From contig OZ244207.1 in the NCBI GenBank assembly GCA_965216875.1, positions 192,001 through 256,000 on the forward strand: a stretch of DNA of 64,000 nucleotides, given 5' to 3'. Position 1 is the first letter of the stretch. Each line of letters begins with the position of its first letter. The notes under the pieces were generated by a model. It did no database searches. It worked only from the letters and a program-made list of their open reading frames with translations, and had not been told where the DNA came from. The stretch is from Rubripirellula sp. (GTDB taxonomy: Bacteria > Planctomycetota > Planctomycetia > Pirellulales > Pirellulaceae). Below, in pieces: positions 8,884 through 19,821 of the stretch. The position numbers were made by a program, and so were the translations under genes.

Positions 8884-11800
8884 TTAGGTTGAACCGATGA
8901 GTTCGCTCAACTCGCGAGTTGCAACCGCAAAATCGAGCGAGTGAGCACGAGCGTAGATGTGACCCAAGTCTGCGATCACAGCATGGTCCTGCTCTTCGGC
9001 TGCAAGCTCGATCGCTTTCGAGAGTGCGTCTGGTGGCGGTAGCGAATCGATCGCGAGATCAAGCTGCTGACCAATTTCATCTGGCAAGACCCAATCCAGA
9101 TGTCGGCGACTGAGGTACCGTCCGTTCTGCTCGACCCAATCCTCCAATCCAGCAACGAGTGTCGCTCTGAGCTGTCCAACTGGGCGGAAGACGAAGAGGC
9201 ACATCTGAAAGAGCTCCGAGACGTCCTCGATCAGGAAGTCTGCTTTCGCACTACGAAATGGCTCATCGGCGGCTGCACGCTTCAGCGCGTCCCATTTCTC
9301 TTCCGCCGAAAGCCCCATCGCCGTGAGGTAGCTGCGCATCGAATCGTGAAAAAAGTCGACCTCGCCCAACGAACCGACGCGGCCGGCCCTCGCGCCAAGT
9401 TGCGGGACGGATTCGAGTTCAACCAGCACGCCTGCTTGCAAGAGTTGTTCAACGAGTGCTCGTTGATTGGGGGCCAGTGATGGCAATGGAATCGTTTGGT
9501 ATTCGTTTACCCAATAGTTTTGCAGACACAATTGCGATGTTTCTCGCAACAGATCACGTTCCCGTGCATCGGGGACGCTACGGACCACCAGGGCGTAAAA
9601 AGCTGCGTTGTAGATCTCGGGTATGGATTTGGCATTGCCACCAGCGAGAATCGCCAGGCGAATCAAAATCGGTAGGTAGGTTCCTTCGCGAGACCGACAT
9701 GCGAGTCGTACTTCATCCGTGAGCGATTGGCCGGGAGTCTGCTCGTCCTCAAAGTAAGCCTGTTCGAAGTTCTCGATCGTTTCATCGTCCAAGCAAAGCG
9801 GGTTGGCAAAAGCAGTCTGTTCAAAAGAATCAAACAGGAACTCGAACTCGTGTCGAGGGCGTTGGGACACCAGCAGTTTTGCTGCCGTTCCAAAACGCCC
9901 TCTTAGAAACTCGGAAAAGGCTTCCGGAGATGGGCCCGTTTCGCTGATGCCATCGAAAACCAAAACGAAATCGCCGGCAAGCAGTTGGGCCTCGAGAGCT
10001 TCGTCAGAAACATAGTGGCGTCCTAGACTCATGCGCACCGACTCTTCCACCGAGTCCCCTAGTCGGTCGCACAGGATCGGGAGAGGGCACGAAGCATTGT
10101 TGTTCCATCTTTCGAGCAGTTCGCAGATGACTTGACGCAAGAGTGCCGTCTTTCCACGTCCCCCCGGCGACACGATGACGACGTTGCTCGCGGCCGGTGC
10201 GGAAAGCAACTCCACGATTCGCGCGGCGGGTTGAGTGCAGACCTCGGCAGCCAGTTCTTGTTTCTTGACAACGGCAGGTACAGCGACGTAGCGTTCACGG
10301 TTGGCGGCACGTCGTGAATGGTCCACCTTCGCTTTGAGTTCAATGCCATAGGCTCGAAAAAGACGGGCTCGGATCGGCCGCAGCGTGAGTGCCGCTGCAC
10401 AGAGCCAATGAAAGGGGGCAACCTGCGCCAACGCTCGAAAGAATCGCGGGGACATCATTCCGACGGGCAAACATACCAAGGCGGTTGCGATCAACATCCA
10501 CATCAGCAAGGTGCCATCCAGGTTTGCCCATTCGATGAAAGACGAATACGAACTGGCTGCAACACCGACCAGCCAGTAAAGGCTTGGCATCCAGAGGGTC
10601 GTGAATCGCACACCACTGCCCAACTTGACGGTGACGACGATGGCGGACGCGATGACCAAGAACGCGATGATCGTTCGAAACCATGTGCGGTTAATCAGCG
10701 GGGCGACGAACTCAACATTGCTCCATTGATACACGCGTCGTCCCGAATACTCATCTGAGTACTCGAGCGAAATCCTGTGATTCGAATTGAGTTCCGGGGT
10801 GCTTTCCCAAGTGATACGGACCTCATCCTCGCTTATGCCTTGCCGAGCGTAGCCAATTCGGTTGCCATCGGCGTCGACAACCTCGATACGAACTCGCCCC
10901 AGTCGGTGCGCGTCTTCGTCGCTGTAGGGGACGTCGACATGGTATTTCCAGGGTGCATTCAGAAAACGCCTGTCGACGGTGATCGAGTTGCCTTTCTCGC
11001 TGTAACGATCGAGTGACACGCCAGCAACATTAAGGAATGTTTCATCGTTTGTTCGCGCCTCGTCCTTCACCTCTTCAACGGGCTCAGCTTCTGCGTCAAA
11101 GAAGCGCACGATGTAGGATTCAGTCATTCCATTAAGAATCAACTCGTCAGGTTGGTTGCCCGTTTGCATTTCATAGATTTCGACCATACGCAGCGAAGTG
11201 GGCACCGTCTCGCCGGGTAGGTTGGCATCCACAACAAAGACTCCCGATCCTTCTGCAGCAAGGACAGCGCGGCTCGCATCACCGACCGTTTTCATCCTTG
11301 CGATTCGGGCCTTCAAAGAGAGGCGGTTGATAACTTGATAGGAATCGAGATGAATGCAAAAGACCTCCGCGCGGCGGCGAATCGACGAGTTGACGCAAAC
11401 CCAGAAATACTCTGCAACTTTGTTGGGCTGTTGAACAAAATGCGAATGGGGACCTGTGTCACCTAAACTCGAATGTGCGCTGTCGCAGACGAGTGACGAG
11501 ATGCCCTCGTGCAAGCTGATCGGCTCGTCCGACTTGACCTGCTCGATCTTTCCACTGGCAAGGTCAAACACCTGGATGCCGTCTTCAAGCACGATGCCGA
11601 ACCGCTCGCTACTGAGTGGTGCGATTGCGAGTACTCCCTCAGAGGAATGTGGTTTGGTCGCGACCAGTTCCTGTTCCGAAAGCGTTCGGTCGAACACGTA
11701 AAGTTCGCCCGCTTTCCCACACAACGCGGCGATGTGCTTTCCGTCGAAAGCTGGGAAGATTGCATAGTGAGAATTCAGGGCCGGGTGTTCGATCTTCTTG

Positions 11801-12672
11801 TGTGTTCCGTCTGCGCCCAAAAACAAGATTGATTTCGCAGCCGTCCAATCGGAGATCCATGCCGAGCCATCGTCCTCGGCAATTGAAAACTGGGGAAAGA
11901 CTCCATCGAAGACGGGGGCTCCGACCGAGATTTTCTCTTCCTCGAATTGGGTTTGGTAAAAAGCCACCTTCATCTGCGGCGCGTTGGTGATGCCTTCGCG
12001 AAAGCTGTCCACCAAGCCGCCCAGTAAGTTCGTGCTTTCACCAGACGTCCAGAGCTTTCCCTGAAGGTTCGAGGTGAGCGGGCTGCCGAAATAGGGGTTG
12101 GCGATCGTTGCCAGCTCGCGTCCCGATTCATCAACAACGTCGACAGAGGTTCGGTAAGGACCGATTTCGGAAAAGACGTACGCCTTGGTTCCATGATCAA
12201 ACGGGATGACTCCGTAGATGAGCCGGTCGCGGTAAAAGTCTCTAGCGCTCACCGACTGGTTGTCTTCGTTTGCAACGAATACTCCCTTGCGTCGAAAACT
12301 ATAGAACCAAATGCGGCTACCTTGGGAAACAAAAGTCCAGCTAATGCCCGGCCCCGGAACGAACGGGTCATGCATCAGTTGTGCCCACAGTCCCGTTGGA
12401 AGAACGGTCACCTCTGTTTCCAGATCCAGTTCGTCACCGACCTGCTCGCCCCGCTTATTGAGCAGACGCACCTGCATGCGCGTTCCACCCTGGTCGTCGC
12501 ATGCCCAGTAATGCTGCCCATCGTCTTGCGGAACGATTCGTGACGTCTGGGGAATTCGGTGAACATCAATTCCATGGAATCGAAGTTCTTGTTGCCCAAA
12601 TGCTTGGTGCGTAGGAAACACCATGCTGATGACATACATCGAATGCAATAGAATCCACGTACTGGATCGCAT
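8884..12672 (-). CDS. Membrane protein: exported beta-rich domain + TM helices + NACHT/STAND-type NTPase
   Basis: Signal-like N-terminus, about 650 aa beta-rich region, hydrophobic helices (TWFRTIIAFLVIASAIVV...), Walker A SPGGRGKT, Walker B FVLVFDGISE, LPILIRL, FFHDSMRSYLTA. Confidence 0.72.
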   Translation of the reverse strand: MRSSTWILLHSMYVISMVFPTHQAFGQQELRFHGIDVHRIPQTSRIVPQDDGQHYWACDDQGGTRMQVRLLNKRGEQVGDELDLETEVTVLPTGLWAQLMHDPFVPGPGISWTFVSQGSRIWFYSFRRKGVFVANEDNQSVSARDFYRDRLIYGVIPFDHGTKAYVFSEIGPYRTSVDVVDESGRELATIANPYFGSPLTSNLQGKLWTSGESTNLLGGLVDSFREGITNAPQMKVAFYQTQFEEEKISVGAPVFDGVFPQFSIAEDDGSAWISDWTAAKSILFLGADGTHKKIEHPALNSHYAIFPAFDGKHIAALCGKAGELYVFDRTLSEQELVATKPHSSEGVLAIAPLSSERFGIVLEDGIQVFDLASGKIEQVKSDEPISLHEGISSLVCDSAHSSLGDTGPHSHFVQQPNKVAEYFWVCVNSSIRRRAEVFCIHLDSYQVINRLSLKARIARMKTVGDASRAVLAAEGSGVFVVDANLPGETVPTSLRMVEIYEMQTGNQPDELILNGMTESYIVRFFDAEAEPVEEVKDEARTNDETFLNVAGVSLDRYSEKGNSITVDRRFLNAPWKYHVDVPYSDEDAHRLGRVRIEVVDADGNRIGYARQGISEDEVRITWESTPELNSNHRISLEYSDEYSGRRVYQWSNVEFVAPLINRTWFRTIIAFLVIASAIVVTVKLGSGVRFTTLWMPSLYWLVGVAASSYSSFIEWANLDGTLLMWMLIATALVCLPVGMMSPRFFRALAQVAPFHWLCAAALTLRPIRARLFRAYGIELKAKVDHSRRAANRERYVAVPAVVKKQELAAEVCTQPAARIVELLSAPAASNVVIVSPGGRGKTALLRQVICELLERWNNNASCPLPILCDRLGDSVEESVRMSLGRHYVSDEALEAQLLAGDFVLVFDGISETGPSPEAFSEFLRGRFGTAAKLLVSQRPRHEFEFLFDSFEQTAFANPLCLDDETIENFEQAYFEDEQTPGQSLTDEVRLACRSREGTYLPILIRLAILAGGNAKSIPEIYNAAFYALVVRSVPDARERDLLRETSQLCLQNYWVNEYQTIPLPSLAPNQRALVEQLLQAGVLVELESVPQLGARAGRVGSLGEVDFFHDSMRSYLTAMGLSAEEKWDALKRAAADEPFRSAKADFLIEDVSELFQMCLFVFRPVGQLRATLVAGLEDWVEQNGRYLSRRHLDWVLPDEIGQQLDLAIDSLPPPDALSKAIELAAEEQDHAVIADLGHIYARAHSLDFAVATRELSELIGST

Positions 12673-12925
12673 GGTCTTGTGCCCTGGAAGTTGCCGTCTG
12701 CTCGCCACTGAAATGTAGCAGAAACACTTTGGGATGCGCCGGCATCTCTGCTGTTGCGATTCTCCCGTACAAACGAGAGGGTCTCGATTGGTTGAGAGAG
12801 GTGATCGTGAGGAATCATAGGTTCCTCGTGGTAGCTTGATCAGCGAAACCTTTGTTCAGTTGATTGGTTCCATCAAGTACGAGAATCTTTCTCCCACACG
12901 ACTAGGTATTGGACGAGGAGCAGTC

Positions 12926-13645
12926 TTGAATCACCAAACGCTCAAAATCGACAGGCGTCAGCTACTTTGCAATGGGATAACAGCCGGGGCTGCCGCCTTG
13001 GTAACGCCCGGCCTTTACGCTGATTTGATTCAGACGCCCACCCAAACCGAGGGGCCGTTCTATCCCAACAAGATGCCGCTCGATACCGACAATGACTTGC
13101 TTGTGATCAACGATTCGATCACTCCTGCTGTTGGCGAAATCACGCACTTGAGTGGTCGCGTCCTCGATTCAAAAGGGAATCCTGTCCGAAACGCGTTTGT
13201 CGAGATCTGGCAAGTCGACAACAACGCGGTCTACATCCATACCGGCGACAAAACGAATCGCGCCAACCAAGACACGAATTTTCAAGGCTATGGGCGGCAT
13301 CTCACCGACTCGAAAGGAAACTACTACTTTCGCACCATCAAGCCTGTTCCTTACCCAGGTCGCACACCACATATCCATTTCGGAATCAGCTTGCACGGTC
13401 GCCGCGTGCTGACGACCCAGCTCTATGTGGCCGGTCATCCAGCCAACAAGCGAGATGGACCGTTGAATCAGATTGCTCCTGAGCTTCGCAAGTCTTTGCT
13501 TGGCGATTTCAAGCCCGTCAAGGACTCAAAGATTGGCGAACTCGCCGTCAATTTCGACATCATCCTCGGCGTCACTCCCGAGGAAGACGAAGATGGCACG
13601 ATCAAGGGGCTCGGCAAGTCCCAGTGGAGAACGCGTCGCGGGTAA
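12926..13645 (+). CDS. Intradiol ring-cleavage dioxygenase family protein (protocatechuate 3,4-dioxygenase-like), Tat-type signal
   Basis: RBS GAGGAG before TTG 12926. DRRQLL, TEGPFYP, VEIWQVD...Y, YPGRTPHIHF. Confidence 0.85.
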   Translation: MNHQTLKIDRRQLLCNGITAGAAALVTPGLYADLIQTPTQTEGPFYPNKMPLDTDNDLLVINDSITPAVGEITHLSGRVLDSKGNPVRNAFVEIWQVDNNAVYIHTGDKTNRANQDTNFQGYGRHLTDSKGNYYFRTIKPVPYPGRTPHIHFGISLHGRRVLTTQLYVAGHPANKRDGPLNQIAPELRKSLLGDFKPVKDSKIGELAVNFDIILGVTPEEDEDGTIKGLGKSQWRTRRG

Positions 13646-13755
13646 TTGGGAAGCAGATTAGAAAGTTGGCTGTTCGCGAATTAGCATTCGTGTCGGTAAA
13701 TTGATAGTCGCTCGTTTTCCAGTCCGCTCGCTTCCCGCTTCAGCGATTCCGTTGC

Positions 13756-15978
13756 ATGTTGAAACTTCTTTGTGGATGGGCGTCGCAAGCGTTCGTCATC
13801 CTGCTTGTCTTTGCGTGGCCAACACACGTTTGGTCCGAGATTCGAATTGACGATACCGTTGGTGCTCCGCAAACCGCGTTCGGAGTACGCCAGATCCACA
13901 ACGCTCTGGAGGCGTCTGTTCCGCCGTCGAAATCTGACGCGTCACCAGAACGCGTTGTGAGAATCGTTGTCGACGACCAACGCGTCACCAATGGCTATTT
14001 GCTTGAGTGTACGGATTCGAGTTGCACCATTACCGGTGCGAATGAAAACGAGGCGATGTACGGCGCGCTCGATGTTGCCGAACGAGTTTCGTTAGGCACC
14101 CAATTGTGGACGCAGCAAACCGTTCGGCGCAATCCCTATTTGAAACGTCGCGGGATCAAGTTCAACATTCCTCTCGACGCCCGGACACCCAGTTATGACG
14201 ACTCGGGCGACGCGGCTCAGCGAAACATTGCCGAAATGTGGCGCATGGAGTTTTGGACTCGCATGTTCGATCAGATGGCGATCCATCGTTACAACGTGTT
14301 GACGTTTTGGAACCCGCATCCGTTTCCGTCCATGATCAAAATGGACGCCTATCCCAATGTTGCTTTGGATGACATTTGCGTCACGACTTTGAAACCGACG
14401 GGGCACGAAAACGAATGGGGCGAGCCACAACTCGTTTCCGAGAACGTGATGGAGAATCTTGCAGTCGTTCGTGAGATGACGATCGACGAAAAAATCTCCT
14501 TTTGGCAGGAGGTGATGCAGTACGCGCACGATCGCGGTATCGACATCTATTTCATTACCTGGAACGTGTGCCCCAATAGTGTTGCCCGGCCGGTCAAAGA
14601 GAATTATCGCACCTACGGCATCAACACCGAGACCGAAGAGCCGGGCAAGTACGGTGTGACACATCAGCTTGATAACCCCGCGACGATCAAGTACTTGCGA
14701 GAATCAGTCAAACAATTCTTGTTGACTTACCCGCACGTCAAAGGGATCGGCGTGACCGCGGGCGAGCATATGCCCAAGAAATGGACGGGGCAGAATCGTG
14801 AAGAATGGTTGTGGAACACGTATGGGCGAGGCATTCTCGACGCCAAGGCTGCTGAGACGAATCGCAAAGTTGACTTCATCCATCGGGTTTGGTTCACCGA
14901 CTTGACGCAAGTGATGAAGTTTTGGGGGGACTATCCCGATTCGTTTGAGTTGAGTTTCAAATACGCGAAAGCACGACTCTATTCGTCGCCGAACATTCCG
15001 TTCGCTCGAAAGCAGATTGAACAGATGAAGCCGTATGGATTGCGGTCGTGGTGGAATCTGAGGAACGACGACATCTATGTCCACCGTTGGGGCGATCCGG
15101 ACTATGTTCGCAGTTTCCTCAAGAACTTCGAACTCGATCACACAGCTGGCTTCCACATGGGATCGGATGGCTATGTCTGGGGACGCGAGTTTGCTAGTCG
15201 CCATCCAAAATCACCACGTGAGCTCGAAGTCGACAAACATTGGTACCGCTTTATGCTTTGGGGACGCCTCGGGTACACGCCTGAGTTGGGGCGTGAGTTT
15301 TTTCAACGCAAACTCGAGGAGCGGTTTCCGGGCGTCGATGCTGGCTTGTTGTACGACGCTTGGCAGACGGCATCAAAAATCATCCCGCAAGTGAATCGCG
15401 GCTACTGGCAAGACTGGGATCACATGTGGTCGGTGGAGTGTTGTCGCGGTCACGTCGAGGGTTTTCATGAAGTGACAACCTTTGCCAAAAACAAGACAAT
15501 GCAGGGGAGCGGGATTGTTCCGATTCGCAAATACGTTGCATCGAAGTTGGCAAACCAAACGAACGAAGGCATTTCGCCACGCGAAGTGGCAGACAATCTC
15601 GATCAACTCGCCACGCGTACGATTCAGATGGCCGATCGGCTTGTCAGTTCAGTTTCGGAAGACACCGGCAATCGCCGCGATCTTCTAGCAACCGTCGAAG
15701 ACCTTCGGTCGATGGCGTACCTCGGCCAATACTACGCCGACAAGTTTCGCGCAGCTGTGGACCTTGCCACGTTTCAGGCAACGGACGATTCGGTCCACCT
15801 TGAGGCTTCGTTGAAATCCATAAGCGACGCACTTGAGCACTGCCAAGCCTACGCGAGTCTCGGTAAATCGCGATACCATTCCCAAATGCTCGCTCGCCCA
15901 GGAAATTTCGATTGGGACGAGTTCGTGGCATCGGCCGAACAGGATGTCGAATTGATCAAGGAAATGAAGGTGAAGTAG
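13756..15978 (+). CDS. Secreted putative glycoside hydrolase (GH20/GH67-like N-domain + TIM barrel)
   Basis: Signal peptide, ITGANENEAMYGALDV, RRGIKFNIPLD, GIGVTAGE. Family uncertain. Confidence 0.6.
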   Translation: MLKLLCGWASQAFVILLVFAWPTHVWSEIRIDDTVGAPQTAFGVRQIHNALEASVPPSKSDASPERVVRIVVDDQRVTNGYLLECTDSSCTITGANENEAMYGALDVAERVSLGTQLWTQQTVRRNPYLKRRGIKFNIPLDARTPSYDDSGDAAQRNIAEMWRMEFWTRMFDQMAIHRYNVLTFWNPHPFPSMIKMDAYPNVALDDICVTTLKPTGHENEWGEPQLVSENVMENLAVVREMTIDEKISFWQEVMQYAHDRGIDIYFITWNVCPNSVARPVKENYRTYGINTETEEPGKYGVTHQLDNPATIKYLRESVKQFLLTYPHVKGIGVTAGEHMPKKWTGQNREEWLWNTYGRGILDAKAAETNRKVDFIHRVWFTDLTQVMKFWGDYPDSFELSFKYAKARLYSSPNIPFARKQIEQMKPYGLRSWWNLRNDDIYVHRWGDPDYVRSFLKNFELDHTAGFHMGSDGYVWGREFASRHPKSPRELEVDKHWYRFMLWGRLGYTPELGREFFQRKLEERFPGVDAGLLYDAWQTASKIIPQVNRGYWQDWDHMWSVECCRGHVEGFHEVTTFAKNKTMQGSGIVPIRKYVASKLANQTNEGISPREVADNLDQLATRTIQMADRLVSSVSEDTGNRRDLLATVEDLRSMAYLGQYYADKFRAAVDLATFQATDDSVHLEASLKSISDALEHCQAYASLGKSRYHSQMLARPGNFDWDEFVASAEQDVELIKEMKVK

Positions 15979-16061
15979 GCCGTCAACGGCTTGTTTTTGC
16001 AAGCTGATCGGATCGGTCGCCAAATCAGACCGGTCGAGCCAGCAATCCCTCGAGGACAAAC

Positions 16062-17231
16062 GTGATCGAAGCAACTCGCAGAGCTTTCTTGAAGCAAGCC
16101 TCCGCCACCATGGCCGCCCTTTCGGTCGCGGGACGCAACCGTTCCGCGATGGCTGATTCCGTCAGAACAACACAGGTCGCGGCACAAGGATTTTTCACGC
16201 TTGGAAAGCGCAAGGGGCGCTGGTGCCTGATCACGCCGGAAGGAAAGCCGTTTTTTACCATCGGCCTGAACCACATCGATCCGGCGACGATGCGGTATCC
16301 CGAGAACATTCACCTCTGGCGTGAAAAGTACGGTGGCAGCACACTGCGTTGGATCAAAGAATCGGTCGCTCCAAACCTTCAGCAATGGGGCTTCAACAGC
16401 GTTGGTTGGGTGCAAGAGGTTTCGGTCCGCAAGTGGCGACATTCGCGCGCGTTCACCGTTGATGAATATCGGGCTTTGGAAATGCCCTACTGCCATTTGC
16501 TTCCTTTCATGGAATCGCATCAGTGGGAAAAGCACACCGTCCACTACGATTTTCGTAGTGATGACTGGAAAGAATGGTGCGACTACGCCGCGCGATCGCA
16601 TTGCGCCGAATTGAGCGAAGACCCGAACTTGATTGGGTATTTCTACAGCGACTGCCCGACCTGGACACACGCCCGTCCTGACAATGCATGGCGGGGCCCG
16701 ATCTTTGACCCAGAACGGCTGAAGTCGGAAGCGGGACGCAGGGAGCTTTCTGAGCTGGCCCGGGTTTATTACCAGACGACGCACGACGCCATCCGTCGAC
16801 ACGACAAACACCACCTGATCTTTGGCGATCGCTATGAAGCAAACGCTCCGATCGCTATGGAGGTTGTCAATGCGGCTTTGCCATTTGTTGATGTCTTGTC
16901 CTTTCAAGATTTTCGCGACCCGGTCAACCATTTAAAGGATTGGCATACAAAGACTGACAAGCCTGTTCTGCTGGCCGACGCGGCGCGGATGCGTTGGAAC
17001 ACGGCACCTGGGGAATCGACCAACAACGAAGGCGAGTGGTATGCCGACACGCTAGCGGAACTTTTCGAGACGAAGGGTTGTGTCGGATTTCATCTCTGTG
17101 GTGCCTATCAACGCAACCGAGCCCGCAGGTACGGATTGATTGACGAACAAGAACGTCCAGATGAAAAAAACGTCGCCCTCATCCAGGCGGCAAACCATCG
17201 AATCACAATGCGGATCGATGCCGAAAGGTAG
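16062..17231 (+). CDS. Tat-exported agarase-like glycoside hydrolase
   Basis: TRRAFLK signal, GRWCLITPEGKPFF, WGFNSVGW, DPNLIGYFYSD, IRRHDKHHLIFGDRY (GH50-like). Confidence 0.7.
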   Translation: MIEATRRAFLKQASATMAALSVAGRNRSAMADSVRTTQVAAQGFFTLGKRKGRWCLITPEGKPFFTIGLNHIDPATMRYPENIHLWREKYGGSTLRWIKESVAPNLQQWGFNSVGWVQEVSVRKWRHSRAFTVDEYRALEMPYCHLLPFMESHQWEKHTVHYDFRSDDWKEWCDYAARSHCAELSEDPNLIGYFYSDCPTWTHARPDNAWRGPIFDPERLKSEAGRRELSELARVYYQTTHDAIRRHDKHHLIFGDRYEANAPIAMEVVNAALPFVDVLSFQDFRDPVNHLKDWHTKTDKPVLLADAARMRWNTAPGESTNNEGEWYADTLAELFETKGCVGFHLCGAYQRNRARRYGLIDEQERPDEKNVALIQAANHRITMRIDAER

Positions 17232-17304
17232 CCGCTCATACAACCCAAGCCGTTGTCCCACCTTTGACGGTTCACCAGATCATGCACGATCACAACTCCC
17301 GCCC

Positions 17305-19821
17305 ATGTCCCACCTCATGAAAACCGCCTCGCCACTATTGTTGTTCGGTCTGTTCGTCGGTCTTGTCGGCGATGCTTTTGCCCAAGAGGATCGCTCTTGG
17401 GCGTCGAAGGAAAAAACGAGTTTCGCGCCGACGATTCATCATCCCAACATCAAAGCCGTCACGCTCTTTTCGCAGAACCCCGATATCGTGACTCCGGTCG
17501 GTGTTGCGGTTGCACCGGATGGTCGCGTCTTTGTTCAAGAGAACCACACGCATAAGCGGACGTCAAAGTACAAAGGCCCCGAGACCGATCGAATCCTCGT
17601 TTTCGAAGACTCCGATGGTGACGGTGTCGCCGACCGACGGAGTGTTTTTTACGAGGGGCACACCTTTAGCACCGATCTACTGTTCGGTCCTGATGGCCAT
17701 CTCTATGTCAGCACACGTTGGTTCATCGGTCGATTTCGCGATGCAGCAACGAAATCGAAAGCCGAAGGCGAACCGGAAAAGCTTGTACGGTGTGAAACCG
17801 ATGGAGATTACCCGCACAATGGCGTCGGCGGTTTGGCAATCGATCCGGCGCATCCCGACTGGCTTGCCTTTGGCTTCGGTGAAAACTTAGGTGTTGACTA
17901 CACGTTCGTTGGTTCGGATGGAACCAAACTCTCTGGTGGTGCGGAAGGCGGGTCGACCTACCGATGTCGAACGGATGGGAGTCGGTTGGTGCGTCAGTCC
18001 ACGGGGCATTGGAACGCGTTTGGGATGGCTTACGACTTGGCGGGGAATCTGTTTTCGACGGACAACGATCCGAATGCGACGCCGCCAAACCGTTTATTGC
18101 ACGTCGTTGCTGGAGCCGACTTTGGTTACGAATACCGCTACGGTCGCTCCGGAAGGCATCCGCTTGTTTGTTGGTATGGCGAGAATCCAGGAACGCTTGG
18201 GATGATCGGCGCGCTCGGTGAAGCAGCCTGTGGCGTGATCGCTCATGGACCCGGCCGCCTGCTTTCGGCATCGTGGACCGACAATCGCGTCGACTTGCAC
18301 ACGCTCGAGCCCAAGGGTGCGTCGTTCGTCGCCAGTCGCGAACCTTTCCTGAGCGGCCCCGATGACTTTCGTCCGGTTCATTTTTCCTATTCAGCCGATG
18401 GCAAGTACTTGTACTTCACCGATTGGGTCAAGATTTCGTACCCCGTCCACGGCAGTGGACGTATCTGGCGAATTGAATTCAAAGAACCTGTCGATTTGCG
18501 TCCCTTGCCGCGAACCGAGGCGGCGAAGCCACTCACGGTCGCCGCCGCTCTTGAGCATTTGGGCAATGACGACCCCTACATGCGGACGCGCGCGATTGAC
18601 GTATTGAGCAAGAAAGCGAATGCGAAAGCACTTAGGGCATTCGATTGGCAATCCAAACCACCGATCGTCCGCGCTCACTATGCCGTGGCGCTCAAGCGAA
18701 TTGCCGGCACACAGCCGGACGGAGATTCGCCCATCATCAACGCGTTGCTCGAGGACGACGACCAACGTGTTCGCTTCGTCGGCATCAAGTGGATCGCAGA
18801 CAACCAACTTGCGAATCACCGTAAAACACTCGAGCAGGTCTTGGATCGTAACGATGTAAGCCGCCGAGACCTGCGAAGCGTCGTTGCAGCGCTAGCGCGG
18901 ATTGCGGGCGCCGCCACCAAGGAGTTTTCCCCAGACGACACGTTGCTTGGAATCGCACTCGACTCAACTCGTCCGGCGGGACTGCGCGCAATGGCTCTTC
19001 AGAGCCTGAACGTCGATCACCCACGCCTGACGCTCAAAACGCTTGGTCCACTGACGGCAAGTGAAGACGAAGCGATCCGTCGAGAGGCCATACGCATGTT
19101 GTCACTCCACGCCGACCCGGCCAAATCAACGCTGCTCGCGAGGATTGCATGCGCTCCAGCGATTGACGCAAATTTGCGAGCCGATGCGATTGCTGGACTG
19201 GCATCGGTGGCAAACGATCAAATCGAAACGCTCAAGACGCTTGCGGGTGACTCGGATCCCGTCATCGCTCAAGAGGCCTCGCGCACCCTTGCTGCGACAG
19301 GGCATGTGAAACGCGTGGTAGCCGGCAAGCCTTCCGAAAAGGACCTGTCGGCTTGGAAAAGATTCGTTGATGGCGCATCGGGCAAGGCGAACCTAGCGGT
19401 GGGGCGGCGCCTCTTCTTTCATGCAAAGTTAGGCGGTTGCTACAAGTGCCATGCCATGAATGGCCGCGGGAAACAGATCGGCCCCGATTTGACGACGATT
19501 CATAACCAAAGCGATATCACACCTGATTGGCTGCTCGAACACATCGTCAATCCAAGTGCTGAGATGGCGCCCTACTACCGGCCTCAACAATTACTGACGT
19601 TTGATGGCGAGATCTTTACCGGATTGGTTGTTGGGATCGAAGGCGGAAGACAAGCCTATGTTGGTGCCGACGGTGCTATCTTTCATCTCGACAGAGATGA
19701 TGTCCAACAGCGTCGTGAACAAACCGAATCGATCATGCCAACGGGATTGCTTGATGCGATGACAGCCAACGAGATTCGCGATCTGGTTGCCTACCTGCTT
19801 CACGATGGAAACGCAAAATGA
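17305..19821 (+). CDS. PVC-type membrane-bound dehydrogenase-like propeller + HEAT repeats + cytochrome c (CxxCH)
   Basis: DSDGDGVADRRSVF propeller, HEAT-like helices, GGCYKCH...IGPDLT, SIMPTGL. Start 17305 or 17317. Confidence 0.88.
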   Translation: MSHLMKTASPLLLFGLFVGLVGDAFAQEDRSWASKEKTSFAPTIHHPNIKAVTLFSQNPDIVTPVGVAVAPDGRVFVQENHTHKRTSKYKGPETDRILVFEDSDGDGVADRRSVFYEGHTFSTDLLFGPDGHLYVSTRWFIGRFRDAATKSKAEGEPEKLVRCETDGDYPHNGVGGLAIDPAHPDWLAFGFGENLGVDYTFVGSDGTKLSGGAEGGSTYRCRTDGSRLVRQSTGHWNAFGMAYDLAGNLFSTDNDPNATPPNRLLHVVAGADFGYEYRYGRSGRHPLVCWYGENPGTLGMIGALGEAACGVIAHGPGRLLSASWTDNRVDLHTLEPKGASFVASREPFLSGPDDFRPVHFSYSADGKYLYFTDWVKISYPVHGSGRIWRIEFKEPVDLRPLPRTEAAKPLTVAAALEHLGNDDPYMRTRAIDVLSKKANAKALRAFDWQSKPPIVRAHYAVALKRIAGTQPDGDSPIINALLEDDDQRVRFVGIKWIADNQLANHRKTLEQVLDRNDVSRRDLRSVVAALARIAGAATKEFSPDDTLLGIALDSTRPAGLRAMALQSLNVDHPRLTLKTLGPLTASEDEAIRREAIRMLSLHADPAKSTLLARIACAPAIDANLRADAIAGLASVANDQIETLKTLAGDSDPVIAQEASRTLAATGHVKRVVAGKPSEKDLSAWKRFVDGASGKANLAVGRRLFFHAKLGGCYKCHAMNGRGKQIGPDLTTIHNQSDITPDWLLEHIVNPSAEMAPYYRPQQLLTFDGEIFTGLVVGIEGGRQAYVGADGAIFHLDRDDVQQRREQTESIMPTGLLDAMTANEIRDLVAYLLHDGNAK

